Of a DNA stretch of 63,588 nucleotides, positions 53,480 through 63,588 are shown piece after piece (position 1 is the stretch's first letter; every line of letters starts with the position of its first letter). Source of the stretch: Octopus sinensis (Eukaryota); contig NW_021831862.1 of NCBI RefSeq assembly GCF_006345805.1, positions 1 through 63,588 on the forward strand, written 5' to 3'. A model generated the notes under the pieces. It was not told the DNA's origin. It made no database searches and worked only from the letters and a program-made list of their open reading frames with translations. The position numbers were made by a program, and so were the translations under genes.

Positions 53480-54700
53480 CGTCACCCTAATAATTTCGGA
53501 CACCACAGCCATCAAGATGATCGGCTTCGCTCTAAGGAACAGCGAGGCGGCGACAGGAGGCAGAAACCAACCAGGAAGAGCCGGTGAACCTGCAGCACCG
53601 CTCCTACATCTTCTCCGTGATCTATTACTACCTGATTGTCATGTGTTGTCCCACTTCACGTCTGACCTTCCTGGAGCGTCTGCTCTTTCGATTTCATAGA
53701 AGGGATCAAGCCCTTCATTTGCAGTCAATACTTGTTGAGTGGAGAGTTGGGAATGACTGGCTGATTAATAGCAGACAAGCACTGAAACTGTTACATTACA
53801 AGTAATTTACTGAGTGTGGAGACGTAGTCGCCGTTTGTCAGCTCATCAGAACTGCAGTTCTGGGGAAAACAGAGACTGAGGTGTTTAGAATGTCATGCGC
53901 TCATACTGGTCCGGTGTACACTCTATGGATATGGAAATACTATCAGCCTTACTTATTCGAAATGCACAGAGGGCAACGAAACCGATCTGCAGGCACTCGT
54001 TCAATACCTGAGCATCACTGATTTCTCGAGGTATGTTTAACAGATACTGTCACACGTAGAAAGGATCCGGCTGTCAACTGTGTTCAATGTGAAGGTAGTT
54101 TAGCTGCTTTTCTTTAGCCAGGAAGAGCAGAGAGATTTTATCAGTCTATTTGTTGTTTGTTCCTTCTCAAGCCACGCCTGGCTCATTGGGGCCGGTTTCC
54201 CGGTTTCTTTGGCGTATAGGGTTCCTCACCTGGACGGGACGCCGGTCCGTCGCAGGTGAGCTGCAAGATGCAGGAGGAAAGAGTAAGAGAAAGTTGTGGC
54301 GAAAGAATCAGCATAAGTTTCGCCATTACCTTCTGCCGGAGCCGCGTGGAGCTGAGATTCGAACCCAGGATCCCTCGACCGCGAGTCCGCTGCTCTAACC
54401 ACTAGGCCATGTGCCTCCACTATCAGTCGAGTAGCTTTGGCAAAAACGGCTGTGAGATGGAAAAGATTGAAAGGTCTTAAAGGAAGATGCCTTTCCCTCT
54501 TTAGCTATACCTTCATCAAGTTTTTCAAGTTTCACTTGAAAAGAAAAGTGGGGGATGGAGACAGAAGTGTTACTTTGCATTAAATTTATTGAAAGTGGAT
54601 CACAGTCTCGAACATGGACGAAACGAATGAGCTTGCTCTAAGCTGTGCCTGTAAGTAAACTGAAGGACATCTGCGACAGCGTAACTGTGGCTTTGTAAAG
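53480..54700 (+). mobile_element. Old Tx1-like LINE ORF2 3' fragment interrupted by a SINE
   Basis: SYIFSVIYYYLIVMCCP..LERLLFRF and VALAK..LKGL..FFKFHLKRKV align to the 47-51 kb ORF2. Confidence 0.78.
54147..54420 (-). mobile_element. SINE family C with 8-bp TSD
   Basis: tatcagtc at 54139-54146 and 54421-54428; head gtggaggcacatggcctagtggttagagcagcggactc. Confidence 0.92.
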
Positions 54701-54802
54701 TTTACGCGAGCAACCCTCGAAAATTTCCCCCTCTTTTGAGGAATTTTCTTAGTTCCTTTGTTTTGTTTTATTGCTCTTGTTTTCTTGTATTATGTTGACG
54801 CC

Positions 54803-54836
<34 letters not shown>

Positions 54837-54837
54837 A

Positions 54838-54868
<31 letters not shown>

Positions 54869-55263
54869 GGTGGTGGTAGTAATTTATGTTTATCTCTACA
54901 GCAGACGTTATTATGCGTCGTCTGACCACACAAAATTTGTTAGATTTTCTAATATACGATGTTTCAATGTTTCTGCATAAAACATTTATGCATGTGGGTG
55001 GGGTGGAGTCGAGTGGTGTTGGGTGTTGTGCTGTGTGTTTACATAGAGAAATACATCTTTTTTCTTTATACCTATCATATGTGTATAAATGTATAAATAC
55101 ACACACATACACGCACATACACACACACACATACACACACACATACATAAAGAGAGACGCAAATATATAGATATATGTATAAATATACACAAGCATGTAT
55201 GCAAGCAAAGATGTGTATGTATATATATGCGTGTGTGTATATGTTTGCATAGATAGATAGATA

Positions 55264-55308
<45 letters not shown>

Positions 55309-55356
55309 GTATATGTATATATACATATATATTATATTATTTATATTTATGTATTC

Positions 55357-55391
<35 letters not shown>

Positions 55392-55419
55392 ATAGATAGA
55401 TAGATAGATGATAGATAGA

Positions 55420-55462
<43 letters not shown>

Positions 55463-55944
55463 TTCATGCATGTATGTGTGTGTGTGTGTTGTATGATGTA
55501 TATATATATATATGTATGTATATGTGTGTATATGTATAAATGTATGAATACGTGTATATGTGTGTATGTATGCGTGTATAAATGTATATACGTATGAATA
55601 TGTGCGCGCGCGTTTGTGTGTATGTGTGTATTCATCCCTTCCCCATTTCCACCGGAAGTGTCCAGTATCAAAGTAAGCTAAACACTACTGTTTGGAGAAC
55701 GTTTCTTTACTTAAGCGCTCGCCTTGCGACTTCCGGTGTAGTAGATCTAGAATATATCAGAAACTTATATAAATTGATTGTTTATTTAGATACATGCAAA
55801 GTGACTTTATGTCGTGTTATTAGTTTGTTTTTATTTTCTTTCGTTTGCTGACAGCAACAAACCACTTTACTCAAGATATATATTTTTCTGTGGCCGCCTT
55901 ACTTCCTTCTCCCCCCCTCACTCTCACTCTCTCTCTCTCTCTCC

Positions 55945-55977
<33 letters not shown>

Positions 55978-56149
55978 GTTTTATTTATGAACGCATGATG
56001 TACGCTTAAAACGCATTAACAGAGACAATACTATTGGTGCTGCTGCTGTTGTTGCTGCTGCAGTTATTCTGTCTGCAGAAATACTTTGTTCACTGTCTCC
56101 CTTCCTCATCTCCTCTCTTCTCTCTCGTCTGTCTTCAGTCTTCTCTCTC

Positions 56150-56355
56150 TCTGTCTTCTTCTCTCTTCTCTCCTCTCTCTCTGTCTTCTCTCTCTACTCT
56201 CTCTCTATCTCTCTCTCTCTCGTCTTCTCTCTCGCTCTCTCTCTCTTCTTCTCTCCTCTCTTCTCTATTCTCTCTCTCTTCTCGTCTTTCTTCTCTGTCC
56301 TTCTCTCTCATCTCTCTCTCTCTCTCGCTCTATCTCTCTTTCTCTCTCTCTCTCT

Positions 56356-56407
<52 letters not shown>

Positions 56408-56440
56408 CTCTCTCTCTCCTCCTTTCTCTTTTTTCCTTCT
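56150..56440. repeat. (CT)n-rich polypyrimidine microsatellite
   Basis: Direct reading. Confidence 0.95.
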
Positions 56441-56707
56441 CTGTTCCGCTGTATGAAGAGTCTAGTCCAGGCAATTTCTATATTAACCATGAGGTTGAGA
56501 AAAGAGGTGACGATACGAGGACAGACAAAACAAACATTGGGGTCAGAGTATCGAATGAGACGAAACATATGAATAAACAAACAATTAAAATATATACAAT
56601 TAAATGAGAAAGAGTGATTTACAAAAAATGAAGCGGAGGACGCGATCGACCCCCACAAACCACATACTCACACTGAAAACTTTGCTTTCTCCTTTTTATA
56701 TTCTCGT

Positions 56708-57121
56708 TTAAACAGGCTCTTTCACTTGCAACATATTTGCTATATACTTCCATCTTTTACGAAACACACTTTGCGACAGGCATTTCTTCTCCAGCCTTAT
56801 TTTCTGTTTCATGTGGAAAACGAAAAAGTCGATTAGCTCCAGACTGGAGATGAACATGCCTGTTGCAATTCCTTTCACTCTCGTCTTCCATACTACCACT
56901 TTCGCAACAGCGACTACCAAGAGAAAACAGGCTCGCTCCTCTCTGTTCAGGGAGGTCGGCGGAACGATCTTAATTACATATTCGCTCGACAGTTGTACTC
57001 TTCTCGAAAGCGACAGCAGGTGTTCGACATAAGTCCAGAGCTCAGTCACCTTGGGGCATAGCACAATCGGTCCAGTCATGGGCAAACCGTGGCCCGCAGG
57101 ATCTTGTGAAGTGCTCACCAA
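56708..57121 (-). mobile_element. Tx1-like LINE ORF2 C-terminal fragment
   Basis: CPKVTELWTYVEHLLS..RVQLSSE..IVPP..NREERACF..VAVAK..FFVFHMKQK..FRKRW. Confidence 0.82.
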
Positions 57122-57284
57122 AACGAAAAACTACCTTGAATTTTCTTTAGCGTAGGTCGCCTGTTGATCAGCCATGTCTCATGCGACTCACTTCTCAAAA
57201 GACTTGCTGATACCAGGTTTAGTCGAACAAATCAATCACAGTACACTCTTTCTTTTTTCTGCATGTCTAGTACTTATTCTATAA

Positions 57285-57395
57285 TCCCACTGCGTGGTAC
57301 CTTGGGCAAGTGTATTCTACTATAGCCTCGAGCCGACCAAAGCCTTGTGAGTGGATTTGGTTGACGGAAACTGAAAGAAGCCCGTCGTATATATG

Positions 57396-57429
<34 letters not shown>

Positions 57430-57604
57430 TGTATGTGTGTGTGTATACGTTTGTGTGTCTGTGTTTGTCCCTCAACATCGCTTGACAACTGATGCTGGTG
57501 TGTTTACGACCCCCGTAACTTAGCGGTTCGGCAAAAGAGACCGATAGAATAAGTACCAAGCTTACAAAGAATAAGTCATGGGGTCGATTTGCTCGACTAA
57601 AGGC
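57285..57604 (+). mobile_element. SINE family A lacking its own tail
   Basis: cccactgcgtggtaccttgggcaag.. to gctcgactaaaggc. Confidence 0.92.
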
Positions 57605-57915
57605 AGAGTTTTGTTTGTTCATCATCCTTAAACAACTCTTATTCAGGGACCTTTTGAGCAGGATGGGCTACAAGACCTGGAGAAAATTCTAACTTGGCCC
57701 TACCTGCAAGCTCATGCGCTGTTTATCTTGATATGAGATCACTATGTTGCGCACATATGGTTGTTATATATGTGCCTTATCAGACAGGTAGTCATAATGG
57801 GTATACTGGGCTTCGTATATTTGTTCCCCAGTATCACTTTGATGCTATGCACTGATCTCTCACTCAATAATAATAATAATAATAATAATAATATAATAAT
57901 AATAATAATAATAAT
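57605..57915 (+). mobile_element. Non-LTR retroelement 3' UTR ending in (AAT)n; second copy at 58040-58370
   Basis: gctgtttatct(t/c)gatatgagatcac..gtcactttgat is repeated at 57718-57845 and 58232-58370. Confidence 0.6.
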
Positions 57916-58035
57916 GGTTTCAAATTTTTCCACAAGGGCAGCAATTTGGGAGGATGGGTAAGTCGATTACATCGACCCCAGTGTTCATCTGATACTTATT
58001 TCATCGACCCCGAAAGGATGAAAAGTAAAGTCGAT
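57915..58035 (-). mobile_element. SINE family B 3' half
   Basis: agtcgattacatcgaccccagtg..atcgaccccgaaaggatgaaa. Confidence 0.8.
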
Positions 58036-58609
58036 ATGTCCTGATGCAGTACCAGGTAGTGGCTCTCTTGGCTTCTGATCGTAACTGTACACGTTTTGAC
58101 TTGGTGTAAAAATTGGCCTACAGCAAATATACTGCTCAATACCACACGTTTGCTTGTCAGTTGCTTGACCGTAACTAGTTGAGCTTGTCCCTTAGTGGCT
58201 GACGATATGTGCATTTCTGATCACAGCAGAAGCTGTTTATCTCGATATGAGATCACCATGTTACGCACATATGGCTGTGATGCATGTGCTTAATGTACCC
58301 TTATCAAACGGGTAGTCATAACGGTTAATATAGGGGCCTTGTATATTTGTAGCCCGGTGTCACTTTGATAATGCTATATAAATAGTGTCGAATGTTTTAG
58401 TGCATGGCATTTGGCCCACCCTGTATAACAAATTAGATCGATTCTGATAGAATTCGAACGCAAGCCTGAGTCAAAACTAATATTTTCGACCCAGCACGTG
58501 ACTTCATTGGCCAGTGGCCCATATGACCCATAATTTGGTTATACTTCTATAATACAAGAAATATTTTACTTATTTTTTTATAGAGTTCCTAATAATATTT
58601 AATTATATA

Positions 58610-58693
58610 CTAGCAGTAATACCCGTCGTTGATCGGGTAATTGCTTTTACTCTTTCTCGTAAGCTACATTCAAAGTGTTATTATATATAGGGA
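58610..58693 (-). mobile_element. 84-bp micro-Helitron
   Basis: A|TCCCTATATATAATAAC...tacccg/cgggta hairpin...gCTAG|T. Confidence 0.7.
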
Positions 58694-59731
58694 TTTACTC
58701 CTCCTGTATGTGTGTATTTTATAACGAAAAAAAAACATGTAATAACTGAAGTAGGAAAAAGATCAATTTCATACACGAACTTCTGTTTGTTTATTATATG
58801 ACAATAATAAGTGAGCTGTATGTGTTATTTTATATAACAATACAGTAATGGCAATTATATAATACACAAGGCTTTGGTTGGCACGGAGCTGTAATGAAAA
58901 AGAATTGCCCAGCGTGCCGTGCAGTGGGACTGAACTCAAGGCGATATGACTGGAAACCAAGCTTCTCAGCCACACAGCCACACCTGTAAACGAGAGATAC
59001 ATTTTGGATAATATACTCCTTGATACAATATACTTAACAAAAAGATAGGATGTTTACGGCGAGAAGACTTTTGATTTAATATTTATTCGAGCAACGCAAG
59101 AACTAACAACGCTACACCATAGAGGGTGCTCCAGAGCTAACTATCTGTTTCAATGAATTTGAGAAAAATTTTTTAAAAACTGACAGAATTTTATGTTTAT
59201 TACAAAAGCAAATAGATTTATAAATCTTACGTCAAACTTTTAGTAAAAATTTTCAATATGTCTGTATCCCTGAGTACTTCAAATCTCTCCTTAGCGTTGT
59301 GAAACACACTCTGAAGCATTTCAGGAGTTAGCTCCTGCACTGCTAACTGAATGTGTTATTTAAGCTCAGCTAAACGGTTGCTCCATCTTAGGGATGGAGG
59401 TAAAGAAAATGGTTGCTGCCAAATTGGGGTTATACAAGTAACACTGTAGTCACTATGATAGGGGAATATCAATATTTGGGACGATCTAAAACAATGTAGT
59501 TATAAACGAGTTCTCGTGATAACAGATTAAGCATAATCAATAAGTCTTGCTTAGAGTACATTCGTTTTACGTTGTTATGGCATCTTTTCAGTTTGTGATT
59601 CTGATAACGTAGTAGTGTTGTTTCTGTAATAAATACAGATACATAGTTTCTACCATAAGGATTCACTTACCACACACACACACACACACACACACATTAT
59701 ATATATATATATATATACTATATAATATATG

Positions 59732-59830
<99 letters not shown>

Positions 59831-60140
59831 CATATTTATACATATAAATTAAAAGATATAATGAATAAACGCTCCAATCAGTCAAAACAACTTTATATCA
59901 TTCCCAAATTGTCAAAAATTGAATATACATATATATTACAACAATAAGTAACCCAACAGTATAAAATATACACATATGCTCGAATAAAAGGTAATAAAAT
60001 CTAAAAGGGTAATACGAATGAAGAAAATATATGGAATAATTAATGCATAATAAGGTTTAACGAAATTGCTTTCAGTTTAACGAAGTTATAAAACTATTTT
60101 CTTACATTTATACATATGTATATATATATATTATATATAT

Positions 60141-60192
<52 letters not shown>

Positions 60193-60416
60193 TATATGTA
60201 TGTATATATATATATATATAGGAAATACGAGAAACAATTGAAAGCTAGAGTCTAAATATATTTTTTAAGAATTTACAGTCCACAGAAACTTAGAAAAGTC
60301 GAGGTTTCCCTGCATATGTGGAATGTTAAAAAAGCTCTGAGCCCCTGTGGCCTTCTTGTAACTTTCTCTCGATTAAAACTAAAAAGAATATATATATATT
60401 ACATACATATATATAT

Positions 60417-60500
<84 letters not shown>

Positions 60501-60526
60501 CATACATATATATATATTATATATAA

Positions 60527-60585
<59 letters not shown>

Positions 60586-60718
60586 ATATATATATACACT
60601 ACATCATATATATATATAAATAGATAGATAGATGATAGATAGATAGATAGATAGATTTAGATATATATATATATACATATATACATATATACATATATAT
60701 ATACATATATATATATAC

Positions 60719-60794
<76 letters not shown>

Positions 60795-61329
60795 CGCCAC
60801 ATATACACACACATTGAAAGAGAGTCAAGTCTTACCGATGCTTATTTTATAAAGATATACATACATTTTATGCATTCATACATACAAGCATACATGCATA
60901 CTTACATACATGATACATACACACATGTGTATTTATGTATGTATGAATGTATTTATGTATGTATATATGTATGATGTCAGTGGCATTTAAACTTTGAACG
61001 TATAACAATGAATATAACTAAATACGTAAGGTATTTTAGCGTTCACCTCACAGCTCCACTAATTTTACTTATCCACCCTTCATAAATATTTCTAAATTGA
61101 GCCCTGGATCACAGCTGTTGAAGCAGACGGGATTAATAGTGAATTATATCGACCCAAGTACTAATTTTAATCAAGTCTCAAAAGAAGATTAAACTCAAAG
61201 TTGAGCTAGGAGCGGCATTAGAACTCACAACCATGAACATCGAAGCATTACTCTCTCGAGTTCTAGGATTGAATTGTTTGGCACTTAATCCGTTTCTCAT
61301 GGCGAATATAAGTGACCGAGATCACAACA

Positions 61330-61475
61330 CTTCCCCAGACGCCAGTGCGTTTGCAGATGAATCTACTTGAGTAACGTGAAATGAAGTGTTTTGCTCAAGA
61401 ACACAACGCACCACTCGGCCTGGGAATCGAAACAAAGCTCTTGCAGACACCATCATAACCGCTAAGCCACGTGAC
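61330..61475 (-). mobile_element. SINE family D head
   Basis: gtgttttgctcaagaacacaacgc..gggaatcgaaac..aaccgctaagccacgtg. Confidence 0.75.
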
Positions 61476-61923
61476 ACCACAATAAGAAGTCAGTAGTCAG
61501 TATTTGTGAGAATAACTTCACTAGATACGGGCTGTTAAACCAAACTGAATAAGATCGCTATGAACAACATATTTTTTTCTTTCACACTGTGTTTATTAAT
61601 ACAGTCCATTGGTGATGACATGGTAAAGTAAGCTGTTTAGATTTTGTAAAGGCAATTGAACATCTGATTTACACCTATTTCTAGTCAAAAATGCAAAATT
61701 TGTCACGTACTGAATAGATTTTATCTAGCTGAGGATGTTCAACTATTCATAAACACGTAAAGTCACTCAGACGCACGTGTATGTGTATATGTATGCATGC
61801 ATGTATGTATGTATGTGTGTATGTATGTATGTATGTGCATACATATGTACATAACACATACATATGTTGGTACATAATACATATATACCAACATACGTAT
61901 ATGTACGCACGTATGTATTTGTG

Positions 61924-61972
<49 letters not shown>

Positions 61973-62017
61973 TATAATATAATATTATATATATATATTA
62001 TATATATATATATACAT

Positions 62018-62136
62018 TGGCCTGCTCGCTTAGCCAGCGGGTGGCGTCATTTGAAGGCTATAACAATGCGAAATGCATTGTGACCAGCGATGTGTAGCAA
62101 CATCTGATAGCCTGGTCGGTCACGATGGTCACGGTG

Positions 62137-62137
<1 letters not shown>
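62018..62137 (+). mobile_element. SINE family D tail fragment
   Basis: ttggcctgctcgcttagccagcgggtggcgtcatttgaaggct.. matches 3655-3770. Confidence 0.7.
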
Positions 62138-62199
<62 letters not shown>

Positions 62200-62719
62200 A
62201 TATATATAATATTAATATTTATATATGTATATCGGTATATAAATATGTGTGTATGTGTGTGTGTGGATGTTTGTCTGTGACTGTGCGTGTGTGTGTATGT
62301 TTATGTGTGACTATGTGTGTGTGTGTGTTTATGTCAGGTTTATATAAAACAATTTAGCATAAAACAGTTTTGTTTTGTTTTTGTTGTTTTTTTGTTGAGT
62401 ATATGTTGGGTGGATTTTTTTACAATAAGAAAGGTGACTGTGATTTCGAAGTTTCGGCACGCTAGCCTTTGTCGGAAAGGTCAATGAACGTTAGCACACC
62501 GAAACTTCGAAATCACCATTTTCCTTGTAAAAGCATAATGTTTACATACACACACACATACATACATACATACATACATACATACATACATACAACATTT
62601 TTCAAAGTTATCTCCACAGACTTACAATAGCAATTAGAGCCAGCACTGACTTGTTGCGACGTTTCGTATACGATTACATCTGTGTAGACAATGGAAACGA
62701 ATATGGAAAAATAGGAAAT

Positions 62720-62771
62720 GGATGTATATACATATTTCAGGAGTTCTTGTTCCTTCATCAGTATCACATCC
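62720..62771 (-). ncRNA. Minimal type-I HHR with intact core
   Basis: GGAUGU(G)AUA/UAU-ACAUCC helix I; CUGAUGA; AGGA/UCCU; GAAA; helix III AUAUGU; triplet GUA. Confidence 0.72.
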
Positions 62772-62784
62772 AATCTATTAACCA

Positions 62785-63034
62785 TACTCTTTTACTTTCT
62801 TCAGTTATTTGACTGCGATAGTGCTGGAGCACCGCTTTTAGTCGAGCAAATCGACCCCAGGACTTATTCTTTGTAAGCCTAGTACTTATTCTCTCGGTCT
62901 CTTTTGCCGAACCGCTAAGTTACGGGGGTGTAAACACACCAGTATCGGTTGTCAAGCGATGTTGGGGGACAAACACAGACACACAAACGTACAGACACAC
63001 ACGCACACACACACACACATACACACACACACAT

Positions 63035-63084
<50 letters not shown>

Positions 63085-63245
63085 GACGGGCTTCTTTCAG
63101 TTTCCGTCTACCAAATCCACTCACAAGGCTTTGGTCGGCCCGGGGCTATAGTAGAAGACACTTTCCCAAGGTGCCACGCATTGGGACTGAACCCGGAATC
63201 AAGTAGTTGGTAAGCAAGCTACTTACCACACAGCCACTCCTATGC
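62785..63245 (-). mobile_element. SINE family A, full length
   Basis: Head ggagtggctgtgtggtaagtagcttgcttacc (A box) ..ggttcagtccc (B box), internal (TA)(TG)n, tail. Confidence 0.93.
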
Positions 63246-63588
63246 CTTCTACACATTACTTAAATACCCACCAAATATAGCGGCGTAACATTATTGGATA
63301 TACAAATTTTATAAAATAAACACATTCTTGACAACTGGTACGTACATATTAATTGCTGAACGGGACGCCGTATTTCATTATGTAACCATAATTGAATACT
63401 ACGAAGTATATTAAAGGCTTAGAAGTCAATGTTGTGCCCTACCTGTGTTAGCAGTGCGATAAAATCATTTTTAAAGTTATCTCTACGGATTTTGTACAGA
63501 ACTGAAGGTTCGACGTTTCGTATACGAATACGTCTTTTATTGAAGATAAAAAAAAAGGTAGGTAATTGGAGTATATACATATTTCGAG

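Noticed and set aside
63500-63540. GA-C-GUA/UAC-GAAACGUC on minus as an HHR
   Set aside because: The CUGA part of the core is absent; only a remnant

Overview
AT-rich animal DNA dominated by repeats. The tRNA-derived SINE families, (TA)n/(CA)n/(TACA)n/(GATA)n microsatellites and LINE types match what I recall of Octopus (coleoid cephalopod) genomes; that assignment is inference. I found no host protein-coding exon I can support, and most ORFs in the track are translated microsatellites. The window holds: a nearly complete Tx1-like (L1-clade) LINE plus four further fragments, a full-length irritans-type mariner pseudogene, two Tc1/mariner deletion derivatives, four Penelope-like (PLE) coding remnants, RTE, CR1 and RLE-type LINE ends, non-autonomous Helitrons and about 30 SINE copies or fragments. 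Two patterns stand out. (1) At least eight minimal type-I hammerhead ribozyme (HHR) motifs. Several lie in sense just downstream of PLE ORFs, and two sit inside fold-back elements whose inverted arm stops at, or 4 nt from, the predicted self-cleavage site. (2) Two separate Tx1-like insertions in the same (GATA)n microsatellite with an identical 3' junction register, suggesting a GATA-repeat-targeting retrotransposon. All alignments and folds were done by eye, and boundaries of degenerate elements are approximate.
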